A stretch of 32,000 nucleotides of DNA from an uncultured bacterium. Lineage in GTDB: Bacteria; Patescibacteriota; Gracilibacteria; UBA1369; PNNO01. A program made the translations under genes and the position numbers. The notes beneath the pieces were generated by a model. That model had not been told where the DNA came from and ran no database searches. It was given only the letters and a program-made list of their open reading frames with translations. Below are positions 1 to 8,406 of the stretch, in pieces (the first letter of the stretch is position 1; each line of letters opens with the position of its first letter). The stretch is taken from positions 1 through 32,000 of the forward strand of contig OY969931.1 of NCBI GenBank assembly GCA_963704705.1. Reading direction: 5' to 3'.

Positions 1-2055
1 GACGAGACACGAACAATTACAACCGCTCATGGTGGTAGTTATGCAGGTGAAGGTATTAATTCGGGCGGAACTCCTGGCGCAACTTACGGAACAACAAAAG
101 CCAGTACACCAGTTTATGGTGAACGTGGTGAAAATGCTTCTAATGCTATTTCGGCTCTTGGAGGCGGAGGTGTGAACATTTATGTTGCCGGAGATATCAC
201 AATTGATGGTGATGTAACTGCAAATAGCGGCCCTGTAACTTATGATCTTAATTATGATGCACAGGGTGCATGCAGCTTTACAATTGGCGCAACAGTAAGT
301 GGCCTGAGTTCAGGTGCAAAAGGTGTAATTATTGCGGATGCAAATAGTAATCCAACAGGAACGTTAACATTAAATATTATAGGCGGTACATTCCAGGATA
401 ACGAAACCATTATAGATGACTACTCTTCTCCATGTAACGCTGACGCGGACGGAACAGCGAGTGTTAATTCAGGTGCAGGCGCAGGCGGAACAGTTATAAT
501 CACTCAAGATTTAAGTGCTGCTCCAACAACAGCTATCTTCACAGGTAGCGGAACAATAAGCGCAAACGGAGGTGACGCAACATACCCTGGTGGTGGTGGA
601 CGTATATCAATCGATTCACCGTTGCTCGACGACCCTGATTTTGGAAGCTATGACTTTGGTGAAGCAACCGCAGGAACTGTTGAGGCTTTTGGCGGAACCG
701 ACGGCTCATCAGCTTATGCTGCGGCAGGTACAATGGTATATCTTGGTGACACACACAATGCTGATGACACTTTGATTATTGATCAAAACGGAAATTCCCC
801 AACCGGTTCAACCCAAACCGACCTTGCCGACACCCCTACTTTCGACAGAATTGAAGCAAACAACAGTGCTGATGCTGACTTAACAGGCGCAACAACTCAG
901 GTTTGTTATAACGTAAACAGCTCATCTGTAAGCGGAATAACTTGTAACACAACAACCTCTCTGCCGGATAAACCGGATTCATTACACATACAAACTTCAT
1001 CTAACGGAACAAGTTCAGGTGACCCTACCGAAGAACCGGGTTACATTGCAGGTAAAGGTAATGGTGTCAGCGACACAGCTCTTGATGTCGGCGACATTAC
1101 TCCTGTATTCGCAATGTACTTCCGTAATCCCGGCGACCCTACCGGCGACTACAATGTTGCTGAAATCCAGGTTGCGAGCGATGCCGGCTTCTCTACCCTT
1201 CTATGGGATGCGACAGTTGGCGGCGCTGACACACCTTTAACTTTAACAACCGCTGTTTCTGACGGCGAATGGACCGAAGATATTGATTACGCAGGTGACC
1301 CATTAAGCACATTAACAACATATTATGTTCGTGCAAGATTCCGAAAAACAACAGGCGACAGCCCAGGTTTATGGACTCACGCAGACTATAACGATCAATA
1401 TAAATTTATTATAAGTTCATATACTGATTTGTGGGTTGATAACTGTAACGGTGTACCTGCAAATACCGATGTGGTAATTACTCAGGATGGTACAACTACA
1501 GGTGACGATATGAGTATTATTTCTCCTGACAGATATGCTTATGGAGCTTGTGATATTAATATCTCTACAAGTGAATCTAGCTGGGAAGTTTATATGAGTA
1601 TGGCAACAGGCGAAACCGGGTTTATTAATACTATTAATCCATCATATCAAATTGATGATATTGATAATGCAAATAATGATTGTATTATCGATACTTCAGG
1701 TACCGGAACAGAACAAGAATTCGGGTTCAACATCACAACTTATCCAGCCGGAACCGCAGCCGAACAAATTGTTGACGATAATGTAAATTCAAATGCAAAT
1801 TGTAGATTAGATACCGGAACATATCCTGATGCCTGCGGCACAGGTGCAGGGGAAGGATATTATAATGATACCGCATGTTTCTTCAACCTTGAACCACTTG
1901 CAACAAAAGACACAATCTTAGATACTGATTTAGGAACTGCTTCAGGCCTTGATAACGGAAGATTCACTGCAACGTTCCATGCAACAACCGGAACAATGGA
2001 AGTATCTGGCGACTACGATGTCGTAGCTGAAGTAACAATAACAGCTAATCCATAA
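1..2055 (+). CDS. C-terminal part of a large secreted surface protein (5' end lies outside the window)
   Basis: Frame +1 is open from nt 1 through the GTG at 172 used by the ORF track (translated by eye: DETRTITTAHGGSYAGEG...), so the gene is cut by the window edge. It is G/T/A/D/N-rich with no TM segment and ends 7 nt before the next envelope gene. Confidence 0.7.
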   Translation, partial: DETRTITTAHGGSYAGEGINSGGTPGATYGTTKASTPVYGERGENASNAISALGGGGVNIYVAGDITIDGDVTANSGPVTYDLNYDAQGACSFTIGATVSGLSSGAKGVIIADANSNPTGTLTLNIIGGTFQDNETIIDDYSSPCNADADGTASVNSGAGAGGTVIITQDLSAAPTTAIFTGSGTISANGGDATYPGGGGRISIDSPLLDDPDFGSYDFGEATAGTVEAFGGTDGSSAYAAAGTMVYLGDTHNADDTLIIDQNGNSPTGSTQTDLADTPTFDRIEANNSADADLTGATTQVCYNVNSSSVSGITCNTTTSLPDKPDSLHIQTSSNGTSSGDPTEEPGYIAGKGNGVSDTALDVGDITPVFAMYFRNPGDPTGDYNVAEIQVASDAGFSTLLWDATVGGADTPLTLTTAVSDGEWTEDIDYAGDPLSTLTTYYVRARFRKTTGDSPGLWTHADYNDQYKFIISSYTDLWVDNCNGVPANTDVVITQDGTTTGDDMSIISPDRYAYGACDINISTSESSWEVYMSMATGETGFINTINPSYQIDDIDNANNDCIIDTSGTGTEQEFGFNITTYPAGTAAEQIVDDNVNSNANCRLDTGTYPDACGTGAGEGYYNDTACFFNLEPLATKDTILDTDLGTASGLDNGRFTATFHATTGTMEVSGDYDVVAEVTITANP

Positions 2056-2062
2056 AAATATT

Positions 2063-3052
2063 ATGAAAAATTTAAAACTTACAACCACGATTTTAGCCTT
2101 AACAATGCTGTTTTCAGCACTTGTTCCAAGCGCTTTTGCAATCGGCATTTCACCGTTACGTTTAGAGCTTAAAGCAAAGCCGGGTGAAACTGTCGAGGCA
2201 GGTGTTCAGGCTTTTAATTCAAAAGATGAAAAGCAGGTTGTTGTTTTAACCAAAGGTGATTTTCTTATGAATCAAAATGAAGATCTTGATTTTTATACTG
2301 AGCCGGACCCTGAAAATACACACAGTATGATGGACTGGATTCAGCTGCCTGAAGAAAATACTCCACTTGATCCTAAAGGGGGCGCTGAAATAAAATATAC
2401 GATTAAAGTACCGGAAGATGCAAAGTCGCAAAGTTATTACGGTGTGGTTTTTGTATCAAGTGCTAATCCTGAAATTATCGACACAGGAGCTGGCGTTGGG
2501 GTTGTAACCAATGTTGCCCAGCTTATTTTATTGGAAGTTGAAGGTGATTTAAAAACCGATATTAATGTTGATGATTTTAAAATAGATCAACAGGAACAAG
2601 GTGTTAGCTTTTTAACTCGTGTTATTAACAACGGAAACACTCATGACGCAGAGCAGGGTAAAATTATTATAACTGACAAAAAATTAAATATTCTTGAAAA
2701 TCTTGAACTAAATAAAGAAAAACATAACAGCTTGCCGGGCGTTCCAAAAACATTTGCGACCAACTGGGTTAAATTCCCTGGATATAAACAAGGTGTTTAT
2801 TATGCATACCTTGATCTTAAAGATGAAAATCAAAATCCTTTTTACGCTGAACTTAAATACAGAATTAACAATGATGGAAAAATTGAAACTCTTGGATTCA
2901 ATATGGGAAGAAGCTACGAAGAGGCATTAAAAACACATAATGCCGTGCCTTTAATTCCGATTGGAATTATTTTGGCCGCAGCATTGATGGCTGCTATAAT
3001 TACAAAATTTTGCTGCAATAAAAAAAAGAAAAACAAAAAAACTAAAAAATAA
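2063..3052 (+). CDS. Cell-surface beta-sandwich-type protein with signal peptide and C-terminal TM anchor plus polylysine tail (DUF916/NEW3-like architecture)
   Basis: Signal peptide LALTMLFSALVPSAFA. Motif MMDWIQL...LDPKGGAEIKYTIKVPEDA. C-terminal helix IPIGIILAAALMAAIIT followed by KFCCNKKKKNKKTKK. Shares this motif pattern with the 3054 and 4449 ORFs. Confidence 0.75.
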   Translation: MKNLKLTTTILALTMLFSALVPSAFAIGISPLRLELKAKPGETVEAGVQAFNSKDEKQVVVLTKGDFLMNQNEDLDFYTEPDPENTHSMMDWIQLPEENTPLDPKGGAEIKYTIKVPEDAKSQSYYGVVFVSSANPEIIDTGAGVGVVTNVAQLILLEVEGDLKTDINVDDFKIDQQEQGVSFLTRVINNGNTHDAEQGKIIITDKKLNILENLELNKEKHNSLPGVPKTFATNWVKFPGYKQGVYYAYLDLKDENQNPFYAELKYRINNDGKIETLGFNMGRSYEEALKTHNAVPLIPIGIILAAALMAAIITKFCCNKKKKNKKTKK

Positions 3053-3053
3053 C

Positions 3054-3641
3054 ATGCGAAAAGTACGTGCATACATAACAGGTTTAGTAACAATTGCGAC
3101 AATATTAATTGCCGGAATCGTTGCTGTGCCCGCTTTTGCATCGCATACAGATGAGCTCCACGAAGTCTCATATTATGGTGCGCCAGGAGAAGAATTGCAC
3201 GGTCAGGTTACTGTTATGAATCCTAGCAATGAAACAAAGGTTGTACAGGTTACTGCACAAAGCCTACAAGAACCACATGAAGAATGGTTATTTTTAGATC
3301 AGGAAAAATACACAATCGGGCCAAACGGCAAAGCTGTAATTTCTTATAAAGTTGTTATCCCAGCTGATGCCATGGGCGACGGCAAACACATTATTAATAT
3401 TCGTGAAATATCTCCAAACAATACTCTTAGTTTAAAACAGACTGTTTCGATATTTGTTGTAAGACCGTCAGCACCAACCGAAGGGGTGGCAGAAATAAAT
3501 ATATTCTACACAATGTTTTTTATTATGATAGTTGTTGCATTCGGTATTGGATTAACATTTGGTGGGGTAGCTTGTATAAAAAAAGTTCCTCATTTATTGG
3601 AGGACCACCCTAAGAAAAGGGCTAGTAAAAGGGGTAAATAA
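3054..3641 (+). CDS. Small paralogous surface protein with signal peptide and C-terminal TM anchor
   Basis: Starts 2 nt after the previous stop (operon coupling). Signal or N-terminal TM segment, motif EEWLFLD...IGPNGKAVISYKVVIPADA, C-terminal hydrophobic segment plus KKRASKRGK tail. Confidence 0.7.
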   Translation: MRKVRAYITGLVTIATILIAGIVAVPAFASHTDELHEVSYYGAPGEELHGQVTVMNPSNETKVVQVTAQSLQEPHEEWLFLDQEKYTIGPNGKAVISYKVVIPADAMGDGKHIINIREISPNNTLSLKQTVSIFVVRPSAPTEGVAEINIFYTMFFIMIVVAFGIGLTFGGVACIKKVPHLLEDHPKKRASKRGK

Positions 3642-3677
3642 ATGATATAATGAAGTAACTTGTGAAATTTGGAAGTA

Positions 3678-3706
3678 TTGACTTTGAACAAAAAATATTA
3701 TATAAT
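3678..3706 (+). promoter_or_regulatory. sigma70-type promoter (TTGACT-17-TATAAT) with about 130-nt leader before the 3838 gene
   Basis: TTGACT at 3678-3683, 17-nt spacer, TATAAT at 3701-3706, read directly. Confidence 0.5.
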
Positions 3707-3837
3707 ATATAGTGTACAAAATAAAAAATTCGACAATTTAATCAATAATTTCCGTGCTGGTCGAGACGGATGCGAAGGGAAAACAAAAGGTGGTTTAAAG
3801 GGTAAATTGTAAACGTTTATAATTAACCAAAACAAAA

Positions 3838-4359
3838 ATGAAAAAAGTATTAGCTCTTATGGCTGTGGTTGCAATGGTTGCAATCTCAAGCGTAGCTTAT
3901 GCTCAGACAACTGCAACTGTTAATGGTACTCTTGGCGCTGTCAGTTCTATCAACAGTTGTTCAGCAACTATCGCATTAGCTTACACCTCTGTAAATTCTG
4001 ATGATTGTGTTGCTGACAGCTACGTTTCAAACAATGCTGGTGGTACTACAATAGATTATGCTGCAGGAGGTGCTGCAACTATGGTTGCTTCTGGTACTAA
4101 TACCGCTCTTTCTCCTGTTGCTTCAGTAACTGCAGGTCAAAACGAATGGAGTTTATCAGCAACATCTACAACTATTCTAGGTGGTACTGCGTCAGGTGCT
4201 CCTGTTGCTCCTTCAACTGGTGGTGTTCAAGTACTAGCTGTTACATCTCCTACTGATGGTGGTAATCTTACACTTACGTTCGACGGTTCTGTAGGTTCAA
4301 CAGAAGACTCTGGAGAAACTTATTCAAACGTTGGTTCATTAACTATTACTCAACTTTAA
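3838..4359 (+). CDS. Small secreted T/S/A/G-rich protein (possible surface-structure subunit)
   Basis: Signal peptide MKKVLALMAVVAMVAISSVAYA. Low-complexity T/S/A/G-rich mature part with no TM anchor. Has its own promoter and terminator, which suggests high expression. Confidence 0.75.
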   Translation: MKKVLALMAVVAMVAISSVAYAQTTATVNGTLGAVSSINSCSATIALAYTSVNSDDCVADSYVSNNAGGTTIDYAAGGAATMVASGTNTALSPVASVTAGQNEWSLSATSTTILGGTASGAPVAPSTGGVQVLAVTSPTDGGNLTLTFDGSVGSTEDSGETYSNVGSLTITQL

Positions 4360-4380
4360 TAGTTAAAAAGCATAACAAAA

Positions 4381-4410
4381 AAAACCTCTTTTCTTAAGGG
4401 GTTTTTTTTT
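4381..4410 (+). terminator. Rho-independent terminator
   Basis: AAAACCTCTT / AAGGGGTTTT 10-bp stem (one G-U), 5-nt loop, followed by a T-run. Confidence 0.7.
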
Positions 4411-4448
4411 GTTATAATCTTTGTTGATATTCTTTAAGTTTAATCAAA

Positions 4449-5765
4449 ATGAAAAAATTACTCTGCATTGCTTGCGTTACTTTATTAAGTGTTTCTTTAT
4501 TAGTAGCACAAACTGTATTCGCCACTGCAATTAGTTCTGGAGATCAGGTTTTTACTGCTAACCCAGGGGACATTATAGAAGGCGTTGTGAGTGGTGGTAA
4601 TACAGAGGATATGCCTATGACTGTAAATATTGGAGCATTTAATACCTTTTTAAACGATGCAGGTGCTAGACAATTTGTTAAAGAAGACAGGCCAAGAGGT
4701 ATGTATGACTGGATCACTTTTGATCAAACGTCTGGCCTTGCAGACCCAGGTGAATTTGTTGAATTTAAATATACAATAACGGTTCCTGAAAACGTTGCCC
4801 CTGGCACTTATGATGCCGCATTATTGGTCACCACTTCTAGCTTGAATGATTCAGATGATTCAGAAGGGGTTGGGCTATCTGTACGAGCAGCAAGTTTAAT
4901 CTATGTAACTATTGAAGGAGACTCTAATGAATCGATGAGCTTGCAATCATTTGAATTAAATAATGGCAAGTTTTTACAAGGAGAAATTGTTTTTGAACTT
5001 ACATTAAAAAATGAAGGAGATGTGGGGATAATCCCACAGGGGAATATTGAAATTTTTGATGAAAAAGGCAACAAAGTTAATGAAATATATCCAATTATCA
5101 AAAGTTTTGAAGGTCAGGAAATAATAACAGGAAGACAAAATGAAATCCCTTTTAATCTCAATCAAAAAATGCTTCCGCCGGATGAAACGCGAACTTACAG
5201 CGCTCAATGGGAAAAGATTATTGCTCCTAAGGGCAAGTATACAGCAGAAGCAACAGTTTATTATGGAGAAGACGATAAAAAGTTAAAGGCTGAAATACCT
5301 TTTGAAATTGTTGAAAATTTAAAAATTTCTCAATTCGAAGCTGAAAAACCATGGAATAGTGCGTTACCTGTTAACTTTTTAATTAAATTACAAAATACTG
5401 GAAATCAAACAATTAATCCTACTGGCTATGTAACAATAAATAATATTTTTGGTTCTCAAAAGAAAAGAATCGACCTTGAAGATGCCGACCTAGTTCTTTT
5501 GCCTGGAATTGAAGCAACTTTAAACGGAACAGTATGGGACGAAGGTTTTGCTTTAGGATTATATACTGCAAATATACACCTAAGCTATGCTGATGTAGAC
5601 TACACGATGTCCAGTTCTTTCTGGGTACTTACATGGTGGCAAGCAGTTATAGTGATTGTTGTTCTGGTTTTATTGGTTTTCGTTGTCTACAAAGGGATCA
5701 AAGGATATGCAAAAATGAAAGGAAAATTGGAAAAATTGGAGCACAAGGAAAAAACAAGTGAATAG
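4449..5765 (+). CDS. Multi-domain paralogous surface beta-sandwich protein with C-terminal TM anchor
   Basis: Signal peptide. Motif MYDWITFDQ...ADPGEFVEFKYTITVPENVAPGTYDA parallels the 2063 ORF. C-terminal helix WWQAVIVIVVLVLLVFVVY plus a K-rich tail. Confidence 0.8.
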   Translation: MKKLLCIACVTLLSVSLLVAQTVFATAISSGDQVFTANPGDIIEGVVSGGNTEDMPMTVNIGAFNTFLNDAGARQFVKEDRPRGMYDWITFDQTSGLADPGEFVEFKYTITVPENVAPGTYDAALLVTTSSLNDSDDSEGVGLSVRAASLIYVTIEGDSNESMSLQSFELNNGKFLQGEIVFELTLKNEGDVGIIPQGNIEIFDEKGNKVNEIYPIIKSFEGQEIITGRQNEIPFNLNQKMLPPDETRTYSAQWEKIIAPKGKYTAEATVYYGEDDKKLKAEIPFEIVENLKISQFEAEKPWNSALPVNFLIKLQNTGNQTINPTGYVTINNIFGSQKKRIDLEDADLVLLPGIEATLNGTVWDEGFALGLYTANIHLSYADVDYTMSSSFWVLTWWQAVIVIVVLVLLVFVVYKGIKGYAKMKGKLEKLEHKEKTSE

Positions 5766-5782
5766 AATGACTTAAATAAGCT

Positions 5783-5814
5783 AAAAAGGCCGCCTTTTTT
5801 GGCGGCCTTTTTTA
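5783..5814. terminator. Strong, potentially bidirectional rho-independent terminator
   Basis: AAAAAGGCCGCC-TTTTTT-GGCGGCCTTTTTT perfect GC-rich hairpin flanked by A- and T-runs. Confidence 0.85.
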
Positions 5815-5825
5815 TAGCAAAAGTA

Positions 5826-5854
5826 TTGTCGTTTTTGGATTTTTGGTGTATAAT
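5826..5854 (+). promoter_or_regulatory. sigma70-type promoter (TTGTCG-17-TATAAT)
   Basis: Hexamers read directly. Lies 18-30 nt upstream of the candidate starts at 5872 and 5884. Confidence 0.5.
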
Positions 5855-5871
5855 ATATGTAGAAATAAAAA

Positions 5872-7929
5872 TTGAAATTTAACATGTTAAAAACAAAAAA
5901 TCATACTTTAGCAACATTATTTTCTGTTTGGGCAGTGCTTGTTTCTTTGATTATAAATATAAGCATTGCGCAGTCCGCTACGGTTTCTATAGGCGCTACA
6001 CTCGGTCCAAGTGATATTACAAACTTAACTGCTGTTGATTTTGCCCCAGGGACTGGTGAAGTAGTTTTAACATGGATAGCGAGTCCAACACCAAATATAG
6101 ACATTCAAAGGTTAGAAATCGCTGGTCCTCAAGGTCCAGGCGTGGACTTTACAACAAAAGATTTAACACCATTCCCTGGCTCTAACGCTCCAGATAATTA
6201 TGCAAATTATTTCCCTGGAACTAACATCACAGGCCTTGTTATCGGTGAAACTTATATTTTTCGAGTAGTATCAATTGCCGGAGCTCTCGAAAGTCCTGGT
6301 CTTCCTCCAGATGCCCAAATCCTCTTCACCCCTGCAGCAGCCAACCCTGCTCCAAACCTTTTAACAGTTACGGCTTCTAACGATACAAGTACGTCAACAT
6401 GGAATAATGGAGGAATTGACGATGCAACTTTGGAATGCAGACTTACTGCAAGTTTAATAAATCTTGATGTTGATCCACTCGGAGCAATTGTAAAAGATTC
6501 AGGATGGCTTCCTTGTCCGGATTCAGCTTCAAACTACAATCATACCTTCACAGGATTATCCTACGGCTCAAAATACTACTATCACGTTCAGACCAGAACC
6601 GGCGGCGTAGGTTTTAGTGCGTATTCAAATGTAATTTCACTTTTGCAGCCCGGAAGCGGAGGCGGAGGCGGTGTCGGAGGAGGCAGCGCTGCGATTTGCG
6701 GTAATGGCACACTTGAAGCACTTGAACAATGTGATGACGGAAACAGAACAAACGGCGACGGATGTTCATCAGGATGCGTGATCGAAACAACTGTTGTTCC
6801 TCCTGTTCCTCAAGTCTGCGGAAACGGTACCCGCGAAGGAACTGAACAGTGTGATGACGGCAATACAATAAGCGGCGATGGATGTACTGCGGCTTGTGTT
6901 TTAGAAATACCTGCACAATGCGGCAATGGTGTTGAAGAAATTGGAGAAGGTTGTGACGATGGCAATCTCGTAGATGGTGATGGATGCAGCTCTGTATGCA
7001 GCGTTGAAACTCCAACCCCAATTTGCGGAAATGGCATTCTCGAAAACTCTGAACAATGTGATGACGGCAATTTATTAAACGGCGACGGATGTTCATTTGT
7101 TTGCGAAACAGAACATGCGGCCCCTCCTGAAGGAGCGGTTTGCGGAAACGGCACAATCGAAGCTCCCGAACAATGCGACGACGGCAATACAATAAGCGGT
7201 GATGGATGCTCGGCAGCATGCGTAACCGAAGTTCTTCCTGTTTGCGGAAACGGTATTCTCGAAGAACCCACTGAACAATGCGATGATGGAAATAAAATTA
7301 ATGATGACGGCTGCAGCTCAACGTGTCAGCTTGAAAAAATAGTTAATGTAACTCTTGAAATCCGCGGAGCACCGGAGCTTAGAAAAACCAATCTTCCTGC
7401 AGATCAAAGAGTAACACAGTCAATATCAACATCCCGCGAGCTAAACCTTAGCGACACAATAAGCCAGCTTGGAAGCGCAGATTTCTTTCGTATAAACAAC
7501 ACACCTAACTTTGGATTAAATTCTCAGCTCGATATATTTAAACCCAGTATCAATAACCTTGATGTAATGGGTGTGACTCTTGATAACTGGGGTTATGCAG
7601 AAGTTCCGGTTACAATGGTTGCCGGCACTTATGATTTTGGCCTTAACGGCGAAGCCCACAACACAAAAGTTATTAAAACTATCGATATAACCGAAGATGG
7701 CCAACGAATCGTCCTCGACTTCACCCACAACAACACCACAAAACTCGTTGCCGGCGATACCCGCGACGACAACTTTGTTAATGCTCTCGACATCGCAACA
7801 ATGCTTGCATCTTACAAAGCAACCGGCGCAAATCTAAACGATTTAAACAAAGACGAATCCCCGATTGTAAACGCCATCGATATCGCTATCCTTATCTGGA
7901 ATTATAAAAAAGGCGGCGAAACCTTCTAA
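5872..7929 (+). CDS. Secreted protein with FN3-like region, 7 tandem Myxococcus-type cysteine-rich repeats and a C-terminal dockerin-like domain
   Basis: N-terminal hydrophobic signal. Seven copies of CGNG..E..EQCDDGN...GDGCS..C. C-terminal duplicated Ca-binding segments GDTRDDNFVNALDIATML and DLNKDESPIVNAIDIAILI (dockerin pattern). The track start is TTG at 5872; an ATG at 5884 is an alternative. Confidence 0.85.
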   Translation: MKFNMLKTKNHTLATLFSVWAVLVSLIINISIAQSATVSIGATLGPSDITNLTAVDFAPGTGEVVLTWIASPTPNIDIQRLEIAGPQGPGVDFTTKDLTPFPGSNAPDNYANYFPGTNITGLVIGETYIFRVVSIAGALESPGLPPDAQILFTPAAANPAPNLLTVTASNDTSTSTWNNGGIDDATLECRLTASLINLDVDPLGAIVKDSGWLPCPDSASNYNHTFTGLSYGSKYYYHVQTRTGGVGFSAYSNVISLLQPGSGGGGGVGGGSAAICGNGTLEALEQCDDGNRTNGDGCSSGCVIETTVVPPVPQVCGNGTREGTEQCDDGNTISGDGCTAACVLEIPAQCGNGVEEIGEGCDDGNLVDGDGCSSVCSVETPTPICGNGILENSEQCDDGNLLNGDGCSFVCETEHAAPPEGAVCGNGTIEAPEQCDDGNTISGDGCSAACVTEVLPVCGNGILEEPTEQCDDGNKINDDGCSSTCQLEKIVNVTLEIRGAPELRKTNLPADQRVTQSISTSRELNLSDTISQLGSADFFRINNTPNFGLNSQLDIFKPSINNLDVMGVTLDNWGYAEVPVTMVAGTYDFGLNGEAHNTKVIKTIDITEDGQRIVLDFTHNNTTKLVAGDTRDDNFVNALDIATMLASYKATGANLNDLNKDESPIVNAIDIAILIWNYKKGGETF
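6697..7335 (+). repeat. Seven tandem coding repeats (about 90-100 nt each) for the 4-Cys CGNG...EQCDDGN...GDGCS..C module
   Basis: Periodicity is visible in both the nucleotide and protein sequence. It generates long spurious ORFs on the opposite strand. Confidence 0.85.
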
Positions 7930-8195
7930 ATTTCAAACAGTTTCCTAAAAGGCGCATGCCCATAATCATAAGACCTCTTTTTTCTTGCCTTATCAAAGCT
8001 CTTTGTTCTAACCCAGCTCCTAAATAAATCCCCCAGTTCAGAATCGCCAACCCAAAACCCCACGCTTTTTTGCGTTACAAATGACCGCAAAAAAACCTTA
8101 ATCAGCGGACTTATCCCAATCCCGTATCTATCATGACATTTAGCTTTAACTAGATAATAAAGGTCGTCATTAAGCCTGATATTAATTTGCTTCAT
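7926..8195 (-). CDS. RelB/DinJ-like ribbon-helix-helix protein (orphan antitoxin-like)
   Basis: N-terminus INIRLNDDLYYLVKAKCHDRYGIGISPLIKVFLRSFV matches the RHH strand-helix-helix pattern of DinJ/RelB antitoxins. Its stop codon overlaps the stop of the convergent 5872 gene. Confidence 0.55.
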   Translation of the reverse strand: MKQINIRLNDDLYYLVKAKCHDRYGIGISPLIKVFLRSFVTQKSVGFWVGDSELGDLFRSWVRTKSFDKARKKRSYDYGHAPFRKLFEI

Positions 8196-8221
8196 ATTTA
8201 ATGGTGTTATGGAAAACTCAT

Positions 8222-8233
8222 CGTATGCAAATT
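8222..8233 (-). repeat. Inverted copy of the ATTTGCATACG core motif
   Basis: CGTATGCAAATT is the reverse complement of AATTTGCATACG, the core of the repeats at 8293, 11527 and 20483. Confidence 0.5.
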
Positions 8234-8292
8234 ACTATTAAATTGCTAACACTTCGTGTTGTTTTATTTTCGACAACAGCCACCTCCATACA

Positions 8293-8329
8293 GCTAGCAA
8301 AAAGCTGGCGATTTGCGTACGCTACTTTT
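8293..8329 (+). repeat. 37-nt intergenic motif, copy A (GCTAGCAAAAAGCTGGCGATTTGCGTACGCTACTTTT)
   Basis: 34/37 identical to copy B at 20483-20519. Lies just upstream of the -35 of the 8407 gene promoter. Confidence 0.7.
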
Positions 8330-8353
8330 ATCAACAAATCCCACTAAAACCCC

Positions 8354-8382
8354 TTGGAAAAATACCCAATTTATGATATAAT
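8354..8382 (+). promoter_or_regulatory. sigma70-type promoter with extended -10 (TTGGAA-17-TATAAT, TG at 8374-8375)
   Basis: Hexamers read directly, 25 nt upstream of ATG 8407. Confidence 0.5.
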
Positions 8383-8406
8383 ATTAGTAGAAAAAATAAA
8401 AACAAA

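Noticed and set aside
6614-7271. Minus-strand ORFs of 201, 153 and 61 aa opposite the Cys-rich repeat region
   Set aside because: These are shadow ORFs produced by the periodic, codon-biased repeats of the plus-strand gene. Their products are Arg/His/Cys/Leu-rich nonsense, and the plus-strand reading has clear domain signatures.
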